A DNA stretch of 64,000 bases, taken from Dehalococcoidia bacterium (lineage in GTDB: Bacteria; Chloroflexota; Dehalococcoidia; Lucifugimonadales; UBA2985). Location: contig DAOUKJ010000027.1 of assembly GCA_034421435.1 (NCBI GenBank), forward strand, positions 7,298 to 71,297. Reading direction: 5' to 3'. Positions 1 through 7,625 of this stretch are shown piece by piece; the first letter of the stretch is position 1; every line of letters starts with the position of its first letter. Position numbers and translations under genes: made by a program. Below the pieces are notes generated by a model. That model made no database searches and was not told the DNA's origin. It worked only from the letters and a program-made list of their open reading frames with translations.

Positions 1-77
1 CGCTGCTGCTGTTCGGGCTGCTGCTGGTGTTTGCGGAGGCGAGCGGCGGCGGGCCGTTCATATACACGCTGTTCTAG
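1..77 (+). CDS. 3' end of a CDS truncated by the window edge (hydrophobic C-terminus, product unknown)
   Basis: Frame 3 is open from the window edge to TAG at 75-77 and reads LLLFGLLLVFAEASGGGPFIYTLF*. No start in window; too short to assign. Confidence 0.3.
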   Translation, partial: LLLFGLLLVFAEASGGGPFIYTLF

Positions 78-95
78 GGTTGTGGTCGCCCCCAT

Positions 96-150
96 CCGTC
101 ATTGCGGCCCCGTATCGGAGTACGGGGCAGGCTCCAGCCGTAATCCAAGG
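96..150. repeat. REP-like intergenic hairpin element (type B variant)
   Basis: Shares the head ccgtcattgcggc with the elements at 13611 and 21682. Contains the hairpin ccccgta-tcggag-tacgggg. Confidence 0.45.
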
Positions 151-208
151 GGCGGGACGGTAGGGATGCGCCATTATACCCATCAAGACTTAGGAAGGAT
201 GAGCAAAC

Positions 209-424
209 ATGAAGCTGCTCTACTATCCGGACACAGATAGCCTTTACGTTGAGTTCAATGAGAAGCCGGGCACGGAGACCATTGAGGTAGCTCTGGGGTT
301 GAACGTGGACATAGACGCCGACGGAGAGGTGGTTGGCTTCGACATCGACCGGGCGTCCACTCGGCTGGATCTGCGCACGCTGGAGACTCGGGCGCTACCA
401 CTCCACAACGTTAGGGCGGGCTGA
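209..424 (+). CDS. DUF2283 family protein
   Basis: 71-aa ORF. MKLLYYPDTDSLYVEF...DADGEVVGFDI matches the DUF2283 pattern I recognise. AGGAAGGA lies about 10 nt upstream of the ATG. Confidence 0.7.
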   Translation: MKLLYYPDTDSLYVEFNEKPGTETIEVALGLNVDIDADGEVVGFDIDRASTRLDLRTLETRALPLHNVRAG

Positions 425-475
425 GGGACGGCTGCCGCTTCGCCTGCCACCCGACTCTAGTGCGGGGAAGGCCCG

Positions 476-634
476 CTACTGGCCGTGGCAGCGCTTGTAC
501 TTCTTGCCGCTGCCGCAGGGGCACTGCGCGTTGCGGCCCACCTTGCCGTAAAGCCTGCCGATGGAGCGCTTCTCCTCGCAGTTGGCGCAGGTGCACGCGG
601 GAGGGTGCTTGGCAATCCAGTTGGGCCTGACCAC
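476..634 (-). CDS. small SEC-C metal-binding motif protein
   Basis: The C-terminus CPCGSGKKYKRCHG is the SEC-C motif. I place the start at GTG 632-634 (GGAGGA 6 nt upstream). The 179-aa ORF-track version runs antisense into the 809 gene. Confidence 0.65.
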   Translation of the reverse strand: MVRPNWIAKHPPACTCANCEEKRSIGRLYGKVGRNAQCPCGSGKKYKRCHGQ

Positions 635-745
635 GGTGTGTCCTCCTGTTCGACGGGCGGGACGCGTCCGCGCCGGTCGGCCCTGAAGGTAGCAGAAGGC
701 TGGAGTCTTGTCCAGACTGCGCCCTTCGTGCACCTGTCTCAGATG

Positions 746-774
746 TTGACTATCACCGCGCCTGCCCGTATGAT
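746..774 (+). promoter_or_regulatory. sigma70-like promoter of the DUF35/thiolase operon
   Basis: TTGACT (746-751), 17-nt spacer, TATGAT (769-774). About 35 nt upstream of the TTG start at 809, which has a GGAGGTGAG RBS. Confidence 0.55.
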
Positions 775-808
775 ATGCGCAGCCTGATTCAGCTTGCGGA
801 GGTGAGAG

Positions 809-1219
809 TTGCCCAAGCAATCCCCGGTCCCCGACGATCTCAGCAAGCCCTTCTGGGACGCCTGCAACGAGGAACGGCTCGTTGTGCAGCACTGCACAGA
901 TTGCGACAGGCTCCAGTTCCCGCCGCAGGAGAACTGCTCCGAGTGCCCCTCCGACGCCTTTGAGTGGCGCGAGATGAGCGGTAACGGCCGCATCCACGGC
1001 TACTGCGTCATGCACGACTCCCGCATCCGCCTGCTCCAGGCAGACCAGCCCTTCAACATCGCCGTCATCGAGCTGGAGGATGCGCCTGAGATCAAGATGC
1101 TATCCCATCTCCCCGGAACCCCGCCTGACGAGGTGCCAGTGGGCGCCAGCGTACGAGTGGAGTTTCAGGAGACGGCCGGCACCGGACAGAAGGTCCCCGA
1201 GTGGCGCATGGTCGGCTGA
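809..1219 (+). CDS. Zn-ribbon/OB-fold protein, DUF35 family (thiolase partner), copy 1
   Basis: KPFWDA...CTDC..(13 aa)..CSEC zinc ribbon followed by an OB-fold-like C-terminal half. Sits immediately upstream of a thiolase-fold gene. Confidence 0.85.
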   Translation: MPKQSPVPDDLSKPFWDACNEERLVVQHCTDCDRLQFPPQENCSECPSDAFEWREMSGNGRIHGYCVMHDSRIRLLQADQPFNIAVIELEDAPEIKMLSHLPGTPPDEVPVGASVRVEFQETAGTGQKVPEWRMVG

Positions 1220-1270
1220 GCAGCCGCCCCGCCTGACAACAACGCACGGCCTGGCAGGAAGGAGTCCGCA

Positions 1271-2587
1271 GTGGCACCAACGCAATTTGCTCCCGCTGGA
1301 ATGTATCGCAGGGACGAGGGCCTCGGCGTGTGGGAGCACCGGGGCAAGGTAGCCGTTGTCGGCATCGGACACGCTCCCACGGCCCGCCGCTGGGACGAGA
1401 CGGTTGACACCAGCGTCGGCGCGCTGACCATACTCGCAATTCAGAAGGCGCTCGAGGACGCGGGCGTCAAGCCCGAGGACGTCGATGGAGTGGTGGCCGC
1501 GCCCAAGGGCATGGGTGAGCCGTGGACTCCACGGCCCATCCCGGAGGACTTCGCCAACGCATACACGCCCACGGACGACCCCAACGACGGCCTCGACGGC
1601 GCAAGCGCTGACTGGATCGTCCTTAACACACCCGGCCTGAACAACGTGTCTTTCACGATGCACGGCCCTGCCTGCATCTCCAACGCGCTCGTCGTGGCCG
1701 CCGAGGCGGTCGGCTCCGGCCTCACTAACACCTGCCTTGTGGTGCGCGGCATGGGCAACATAGCGGGGCGCTACGGGCAGCACGGCGCGGCGGCCATGGA
1801 CACGGCGGCCGGCGCGTCGCAGTGGACCAACCCGTGGGGCTGGCAACTCATACCCCAGATCGCGTTCGGTTTCGACCAGTACTGCCGCAAGTACGGCTCC
1901 AGCCACGACAGGATGGCCCCGTTCGTGGTGAACCAGCACCGCAACGGCCTGATGTTCCCGGAGGGCTTCTACTACCAGCACCGGCCGGAGCCCCTGTCGG
2001 TGGAGGACTACCTGTCCGGCCGCTGGGTGTGCAAGCCGATGGGCCTCTGGGACTGCGACCTGCCTATCCAGACCGCCGTGGCGTACCTGTTCACCACCGC
2101 GGACCGCGCCAGGGACATGCGCCAGAAGCCGGTCTACGTGCTCAACCACTGCTCGCAGAGAGGCATTGTGCGCAGCCTGATCGAGACGCTGGACGAGACG
2201 GAGGAGTTCACCGACAGTATCGCCAAGAAGGTGTACGAAGGCTCCGGGCTCACGGCCGCGGAACTCGACATCTGCAACCCCTACGACGGCTTCACGCTTT
2301 TCACGCAGTACTACCTGGAGGGTCTCCAGTGGCACGGCGTGAAGCGAGGCGAGGCACACGACTTCTACGGCGGAGACATCCGCGTTGAGGGGCCGCACCC
2401 GTTCAGCTCCAGCGGCGGCAACGCGGGCAATGGACGCACCCGCACGTGGAACCAGACCGACACCATCCAGCAGCTTCAGGGCCGCGCCGGCGAGCGCCAG
2501 GTGCGCATACGGGCCGAGACCGGCCTGGCGGGCGCGTTCACGCCCAACATGTCGGACTGGATGGTCTACGGGACCAGCCCGGACTAG
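1271..2587 (+). CDS. thiolase-like (SCP-x/nonspecific lipid-transfer type) protein, copy 1
   Basis: 438 aa. Candidate nucleophile Cys in HGPACISNALVVAAEAV. C-terminal EGPHPFSSSGGNAGNGRTRT. GGAAGGAG RBS 6 nt before the GTG start. Confidence 0.8.
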   Translation: MAPTQFAPAGMYRRDEGLGVWEHRGKVAVVGIGHAPTARRWDETVDTSVGALTILAIQKALEDAGVKPEDVDGVVAAPKGMGEPWTPRPIPEDFANAYTPTDDPNDGLDGASADWIVLNTPGLNNVSFTMHGPACISNALVVAAEAVGSGLTNTCLVVRGMGNIAGRYGQHGAAAMDTAAGASQWTNPWGWQLIPQIAFGFDQYCRKYGSSHDRMAPFVVNQHRNGLMFPEGFYYQHRPEPLSVEDYLSGRWVCKPMGLWDCDLPIQTAVAYLFTTADRARDMRQKPVYVLNHCSQRGIVRSLIETLDETEEFTDSIAKKVYEGSGLTAAELDICNPYDGFTLFTQYYLEGLQWHGVKRGEAHDFYGGDIRVEGPHPFSSSGGNAGNGRTRTWNQTDTIQQLQGRAGERQVRIRAETGLAGAFTPNMSDWMVYGTSPD

Positions 2588-2728
2588 CCTCTCAGGCTCC
2601 CAGGACAGCGGTCGGCCTCCTTGGGCCGGCCCCGGCTACGCGATGGACGGATCGAGACTGTCGCCTCGCGACGGATACGATCGCTACGATGCAGGCTAGA
2701 CCTGCAATCCAGTTATGAGAGGTGATAC

Positions 2729-3136
2729 GTGTCTAAGCTGATTCCTGTAGCGGACGAGCTGAGCAAGCCATTCTGGGACGCCATCAACGAGAAGCGGCTG
2801 ATAGTCCAGGAGTGCAACGATTGCCCCACGCTCCAGTACCCGCCTCGACCTACGTGCCAGGACTGCGGCACGGAGTCGATGGGGTGGAAGGAAGTGGAGG
2901 GCAAGGGGCACATCCTGTCCTTCTTCGTGGTCTATGACGGCCGGTACCAGGTCCGCATCCCGGACCAGCCGTACAACGTGGCAATCGTAACGCTGGACGA
3001 GGAACCACGCATCAATTTCTATGCCAACCTGCCGGGCACGCCCGTGAAGCAGGTGCCCATCGGCGCGCCGGTGGAGCTGATCTTCGAAGAGGTGGCCCCG
3101 GGCCAGCTCATCCACGACTGGAAGGTTGTTGAGTAA
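2729..3136 (+). CDS. Zn-ribbon/OB-fold protein, DUF35 family, copy 2
   Basis: Paralog of 809-1219 (KPFWDAINEKRLIVQECNDC...CQDC). GAGAGGTGA RBS before the GTG start. Confidence 0.85.
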   Translation: MSKLIPVADELSKPFWDAINEKRLIVQECNDCPTLQYPPRPTCQDCGTESMGWKEVEGKGHILSFFVVYDGRYQVRIPDQPYNVAIVTLDEEPRINFYANLPGTPVKQVPIGAPVELIFEEVAPGQLIHDWKVVE

Positions 3137-3190
3137 CCTGCCACGGGCCGACTGCATAGCACGCAATTCGAACGCGGGAAGGAGCATTCC

Positions 3191-4537
3191 ATGACCACGG
3201 ACTTCACGGGAGAGTACACAGGCTACAGAAGGGACAAGCCCGGCCTGGGCCTCTGGCCGCACCAGGGCAAGGTTGCGATAGTGGGCTGGGGCATGTCCCC
3301 GGTGGACAGGCGATGGGACGGCGTGTCCATGGACAAGACATACGGCGCGTACGGCATGATGGCCGTGCAGCAGGCCCTGGACGACGCCGGCGTGAGCAGG
3401 GGAGAGGTGGACGGGATGCTGGTGTGCCCGGAGACGGGCGCAGGCGCAACGGGCGGCAGCTCGGCGGACTGGGGGCCGTACCGGGCCTATTTCGAGCCTC
3501 CCTACGACTCTGAGTACGGCCTCAGCCGTCTCAACGCCAAGTGGCTCATCGACAACATGCCGGGGTTCGACAACGTGAGGTTCGCGCCGTCAAACGTGCC
3601 CGCCATCGGCGAGCAGATGGGCATGACCGCGCAGGCTGTCGCCGACGGCCACTGCGAGGTGGCGCTGCTGGTCTACGGCATGAACAACTTCGAGGGGCGC
3701 TACCGCCACGGCGGCGAGAACGCATCGCCGGAGGCTCGCGGCAACCGGCAGTGGAACGCCCCCTGGAGCAGCGGCGACGGCCTGCAGCTCACGGGCGCCA
3801 TCACCATCCAGCAGTACTGCGCTCGCTACGGAGGCACGTTCGAGGAGCTGATCGGTCCTGCCGTCCTCAATGAGCATCGCAACGGCCTGATGCACTCCTG
3901 GGGCTTCTACACGCTCCACGGCGAATCCGGCCTCACCTTCGAGGACTACGTGAACGCGCGGCCCGTGCTGTGGCCCTGCCGCATCTGGGACTGCGACAGG
4001 CCGGTCAACGCCGTTGGCGCGTTCCTCTTCGCCACCGCAGAGCGGGCCAAGGACATGAAGCAGCAGCCTCTCTGGGTGCTCAACCACAATGGCGGCCAGG
4101 GCGGAACCGTGCGCAGCAGCCAGGAGACGCTGGACGAGTCGGAGGAGGCGAGGGCGCAGGTAGCCTCCATGGTGTACGAGGGATCCGGCCTCCACGCGGA
4201 GGACGTGGACATATTCAACCCCTACGACGGCTACTCCTTCTTCCTGCCGCTCACCCTGGAGGGCTTCCAGTGGCACGGCGTGAAGAAGGGCGAGTCCCAG
4301 GCGTTCTTCAACGGCGACATCTCGGTGGAGGGGCCGCATCCGTTCACCCCCGGCGGCGGCAACCTGGGCGTGGGCCGCACCAGGACGGCCATGTACATCG
4401 ACAGCATCGAGCAGTTGCGCGGGCAGGCCGGCGATCGCCAGGTCACGATCAAGAATGGCAGGCCGGAGACGGCGATATGCGCATTCGCACCGGCACGCAG
4501 CGCAGCCTACATCGTGCTGTCCAACGCCACGCCGTAG
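3191..4537 (+). CDS. thiolase-like protein, copy 2 (nucleophile Cys position apparently Ala)
   Basis: 448 aa, collinear with 1271-2587 (shared RWD, EGPHPF, GGN.G.GRTRT). GGGAAGGAG RBS. SNVPAIGEQMGMTAQAV aligns to the Cys-containing segment of copy 1. Confidence 0.8.
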   Translation: MTTDFTGEYTGYRRDKPGLGLWPHQGKVAIVGWGMSPVDRRWDGVSMDKTYGAYGMMAVQQALDDAGVSRGEVDGMLVCPETGAGATGGSSADWGPYRAYFEPPYDSEYGLSRLNAKWLIDNMPGFDNVRFAPSNVPAIGEQMGMTAQAVADGHCEVALLVYGMNNFEGRYRHGGENASPEARGNRQWNAPWSSGDGLQLTGAITIQQYCARYGGTFEELIGPAVLNEHRNGLMHSWGFYTLHGESGLTFEDYVNARPVLWPCRIWDCDRPVNAVGAFLFATAERAKDMKQQPLWVLNHNGGQGGTVRSSQETLDESEEARAQVASMVYEGSGLHAEDVDIFNPYDGYSFFLPLTLEGFQWHGVKKGESQAFFNGDISVEGPHPFTPGGGNLGVGRTRTAMYIDSIEQLRGQAGDRQVTIKNGRPETAICAFAPARSAAYIVLSNATP

Positions 4538-4567
4538 CTGTAGTTGGCGATTAGGATAGGTCAAATG

Positions 4568-4601
4568 CTCACCCCGCTCGGGTCCGCCTGGGCGGGGTGA
4601 G
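4568..4601 (+). terminator. hairpin downstream of the thiolase operon (possible terminator)
   Basis: ctcaccccgc ... gcggggtgag is a 10-bp GC-rich stem 30 nt after the stop at 4537. The downstream tract is only weakly T-rich (tgcgtcttggctcctcttt). Confidence 0.35.
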
Positions 4602-4643
4602 TGCGTCTTGGCTCCTCTTTCGGGAGACAATCTTCGTCGTCCT

Positions 4644-4979
4644 ATGAAAACTCGACTGCAAATCGTACTTCCGCTGAGCCTGGCGCTGATCGCTCATGCT
4701 TTGTCGTGGGCGTTCACTGCCTATTTCTTACACGACCTGCGCAACGTGGCGATGGACACCCAGAACGAGATAGGCGAGTTGTTTATCAAGGCTCCTGTCG
4801 CACTCACGGCCATAGCCGCCATCTGCGTTCCGTTCAGGAACCGAGACATAGTCACGCTCATCGCCGCTGCCTTGCTAATCGTCTCCCTCTTGGGAGCTAT
4901 GACCATTGGCTTGTTCCTTCTGCCCGCCGCACTACTCGTGGTGGGCGCGGCTTGGACTATGCGCTTGCAATCCAAATGA
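4644..4979 (+). CDS. hypothetical membrane protein (3-4 predicted TM segments)
   Basis: Hydrophobic ORF (MKTRLQIVLPLSLALIAHALSWAF...). I prefer ATG 4644 over the TTG at 4608, which lies in the hairpin tail. GC is visibly lower than in the neighbours. Confidence 0.5.
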   Translation: MKTRLQIVLPLSLALIAHALSWAFTAYFLHDLRNVAMDTQNEIGELFIKAPVALTAIAAICVPFRNRDIVTLIAAALLIVSLLGAMTIGLFLLPAALLVVGAAWTMRLQSK

Positions 4980-5105
4980 GCCGCCTTGACATTCCCTGCG
5001 CACTCACTTACTATCCGTTCAGCTAACGCCACGACAATCGCGGAGCGGCATCAGCCGCTGGTCGATGCGCACCCTCACGCTCGTCACGAAAGGAGAGCGC
5101 CGCCC

Positions 5106-5648
5106 TTGAGGATTCTACTGAGCTTTGACATAGACGGCACACTTGAGACCGGCGACCCGCCCGGCCCCATCACCCTGGAGATGGTGATCCGGGCCAAGGA
5201 GGCGGGTTGCATCATCGGAAGCTCATCGGACCGCTCCATCACCTCGCAGCGGGACATGTGGGCCAGGAACAACATCGAGGTGGACTTCGTCTCCAACAAG
5301 CACGTTCTCATCGAGATCAAGAACAAGTTCGAGGCCGACTACTACCTTCACATGGGCGACAGGGAGCTGGATCGCCAGTTCGCTCGTGAGGCGGAGTTCG
5401 ACTTCATGTGGATGGACGACGCCGTCTCCCAGCCGTGGATCGCGATGAAGAACGGGCAATTGCCGCCGGTGGCCGGCGGCTCCGGCCCGGCCGTCGAGAG
5501 CGCGCAGCAGGCGTTCTCCACCGCCGATTGCGAGCCCGCCTCCCACGATCCGGAGTGGTGCTCCACGCATCACATGCCCGACAGGGAGTGCAGGGAGCTT
5601 GAGGCGGACATGTACTCGCCGCAGCGGGAATACAACGGCCTGAGCTGA
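5106..5648 (+). CDS. HAD-superfamily hydrolase-like protein
   Basis: DxDxT motif in LRILLSFDIDGTLE. Start placed at TTG 5106 (AAAGGAGAG 8 nt upstream), because HAD motif I normally lies near the N-terminus. The ORF track starts at 4986. Confidence 0.6.
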   Translation: MRILLSFDIDGTLETGDPPGPITLEMVIRAKEAGCIIGSSSDRSITSQRDMWARNNIEVDFVSNKHVLIEIKNKFEADYYLHMGDRELDRQFAREAEFDFMWMDDAVSQPWIAMKNGQLPPVAGGSGPAVESAQQAFSTADCEPASHDPEWCSTHHMPDRECRELEADMYSPQREYNGLS

Positions 5649-5706
5649 TGCCGGCAAGTCCACAGCGATTCCGTGCAGTTCGTTTGCCGCCGGCGTACTA
5701 GCTTTC

Positions 5707-5800
5707 ACGCTCATGGTGAGCGTGTCGAACCATATGAGTGGGAAGATGAGACGGCCCACATCGCCCCGCTCATTTCCTTCGACGGGCTCAGGATGAGCGG
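5707..5800 (-). repeat. REP-like composite element, type A (reverse orientation)
   Basis: The reverse complement contains tggttcgacacgctcaccatgagcg and gcccgctcatcctgagcccgtcgaaggaaatgagcgggg. These are the same two modules as at 16728-16816 and 21561-21645. Confidence 0.7.
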
Positions 5801-5836
5801 GCGTTAGGGTCACCTGCAAGCCGCCGAAAAGCGACT

Positions 5837-5865
5837 GTTGACACCACGCTAGACATGTGATATCG
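5837..5865 (+). promoter_or_regulatory. sigma70-like promoter of the tauE-cysH-sat leader
   Basis: TTGACA (5837-5842), 17-nt spacer, TATCGT (5860-5865), preceded by TG-a (extended -10). Confidence 0.5.
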
Positions 5866-5957
5866 TCTGTTATGATGTTTGTGCGATCTCTCACAATGAC
5901 CTGCTGCTGTACCGGAGTGCCATAGGGGCAGAACACTTCTGTCTGGAAGCAGCGCGC

Positions 5958-5992
5958 GCCCCCTCCAACACGGTTGAGAGGGGGTTTTTGTT
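5958..5992 (+). terminator. intrinsic terminator inside the 5' leader of tauE-cysH-sat (attenuator or riboswitch expression platform candidate)
   Basis: ccccctccaac-acg-gttgagaggggg hairpin followed directly by TTTTTGTTT. It lies about 90 nt downstream of the predicted promoter and 40 nt upstream of the ATG at 6033. Confidence 0.6.
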
Positions 5993-6032
5993 TGCCCGCT
6001 AAACATGGAGTCTGAGGTAGAACGGAAACTCA

Positions 6033-6815
6033 ATGGAGCTACAACCACTAATCATATCGGCCGGCCTGTTGATGGGCCTGCTGGTCGGTCTCACGGGAAT
6101 GGGCGGAGGCGCCCTGATGACCCCGTTCCTCATCTTCACCGGAGTTCGCCCTACGGTCGCTGTGGGCACGGACCTGTTCCAGATGATGTTCACCAAGTCA
6201 TTCGGGGCGTGGCAGCATCACCGGCAGGGCAGCGTGAACTACCGGGTCGTGCTGCCGCTGATCGCGGGCAGCCTGCCGGGGGCCATCGCGGGCGTGGTGC
6301 TACTGCGCGTGATGGAGAACAGCTTCGGCATATCGGCGGACGTGTTCCTCACGCGGCTGCTGGGAGTGGTGCTCACGCTTGCGGGCGTGGCGCTTTTCAT
6401 ACGGCTGTTCATGCGGAATTGGCTCTGGAGCCGATCGCACTCCTGGGAAGAGGAGGCGCCCAGGGGAGGCAGGTTCCTGGTGCTCAGCGCCATCGGGGCG
6501 CTGCTGGGTCTGCTGGTGGGCTTGACGTCCGTGGGAAGCGGCACTTTGTTCATCGTCATGATGGTAGCCTTGCTAAGAATGTCCATGCGGCATATAGTTG
6601 GTACTGACGTAGCACACTCTGCGCTGTTGACCGCGGGAGCGGGGCTGCTGCATCTGGCGTTCGGCAACGTGGATCTGGCGCTTGCAGCGAACATTCTGAT
6701 AGGATCAGTGCCGGGCGTTATCGTGGGCAGCCGGATGACGGTGCGCATACCTGAGAGGGGGCTGAGGGCAGCGGTGGCCGTCGCGCTGACCAGCGTGGGG
6801 CTCAAGCTGCTGTAG
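6033..6815 (+). CDS. sulfite exporter TauE/SafE family membrane protein
   Basis: 260 aa, polytopic. GLLVGLTGMGGGALMTPFLIF and a second ...GLTSVGSGTLFI half are typical of DUF81/TauE. Confidence 0.85.
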   Translation: MELQPLIISAGLLMGLLVGLTGMGGGALMTPFLIFTGVRPTVAVGTDLFQMMFTKSFGAWQHHRQGSVNYRVVLPLIAGSLPGAIAGVVLLRVMENSFGISADVFLTRLLGVVLTLAGVALFIRLFMRNWLWSRSHSWEEEAPRGGRFLVLSAIGALLGLLVGLTSVGSGTLFIVMMVALLRMSMRHIVGTDVAHSALLTAGAGLLHLAFGNVDLALAANILIGSVPGVIVGSRMTVRIPERGLRAAVAVALTSVGLKLL

Positions 6816-6848
6816 CAGAAGGACAAAGGCACTCAAGGAGGGAAGCAA

Positions 6849-7625
6849 ATGTTGGAGCAAATGGAACCCTTGCTGTCGCAGGAGGAGATCGACGAGAAGA
6901 ACAGGGAGTTCGAGGGCAAGTCTCCGCAGGCGGTGCTGGAGTGGGCGCTCGAGAAGTTCCACCCGCGCCTCGCGCTGTCGTCGAGCTTCGGCGTGGAGGA
7001 CGTGGCCCTGATCGACATGATGTGGCGCATCGACCCCAGCTCTCGCGTTTTCACGCTGGAGACGCTGCGGCTGCACACGGAGACCTACACCGTCATCGAC
7101 CAGATCAAGATGCGCTACGGCGTGGACGTTGAGGCCTACTACCCGGACATGGACCAGGTGGCCGGCATGGTCAAGGAGCACGGCTTCAACCTGTTCTACA
7201 AGTCGGAGGAGTTCCGCAAGCTATGCTGCGGGATCCGCAAGATGGAGCCTCTGGGTCGTGCGCTCGGCAGCCTTGACGCCTGGGTGAGCGGTCTTCGCCG
7301 CGATCAGGCCGTGACTCGCGTGGACATCGGCAAGGTTGAGCTCGACGCAGCCCACGGCAACCGCATCAAGATCAATCCGCTGGCGGAATGGTCGTCGGAC
7401 AGGGTGTGGGCCTACGTCCACGAGAACAAGGTGCCCTACAACGAACTCCACGACAACGGCTTCCCCAGCATCGGCTGCGCTCCCTGCACTCGCCCAGTCA
7501 GCCCTGACGAGGACCCGCGCGCCGGCCGCTGGTGGTGGGAGAGCGACCCCAACTCCAAGGAGTGCGGCCTGCACGTCATCGAGACCCTGGACAGCATCAA
7601 GGCCGCAGCGGAGAAGGGAAGTTGA
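6849..7625 (+). CDS. cysH: adenylyl-sulfate (APS)/PAPS reductase, Fe-S-containing CysH type
   Basis: C-terminal ECGLH catalytic motif plus the Cys pairs KLCCGIRK and SIGCAPCT, as in 4Fe-4S APS reductases. Confidence 0.9.
   Translation: MLEQMEPLLSQEEIDEKNREFEGKSPQAVLEWALEKFHPRLALSSSFGVEDVALIDMMWRIDPSSRVFTLETLRLHTETYTVIDQIKMRYGVDVEAYYPDMDQVAGMVKEHGFNLFYKSEEFRKLCCGIRKMEPLGRALGSLDAWVSGLRRDQAVTRVDIGKVELDAAHGNRIKINPLAEWSSDRVWAYVHENKVPYNELHDNGFPSIGCAPCTRPVSPDEDPRAGRWWWESDPNSKECGLHVIETLDSIKAAAEKGS

Noticed and set aside
1100-2398. A 432-aa ORF antisense to the first thiolase-like gene. Similar cases are 3590-4630 (346 aa), 25606-26748 (380 aa), 51188-52381 (397 aa), 57802-58887 (361 aa) and 60168-61376 (402 aa).
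   Set aside because: Their compositions are Arg/Gly/Ala/Pro/His-rich with no motifs. They lie antisense to genes with strong family signatures. Long open antisense frames are expected at this GC content.
5223-5936. A 237-aa minus-strand ORF spanning the HAD gene and the downstream spacer.
   Set aside because: Its 5' part is the translation of the REP-like element (..WFDTLTMSV.., ..PEPVEGNERG..), and the rest is antisense to the HAD-motif gene.
7532-7621. A 90-nt N-terminal extension of sat inside cysH.
   Set aside because: The extension is in an alternate frame of the well-supported cysH C-terminus. The TTG at 7622 overlapping the cysH stop gives the typical Sat N-terminus (IAPHGG).
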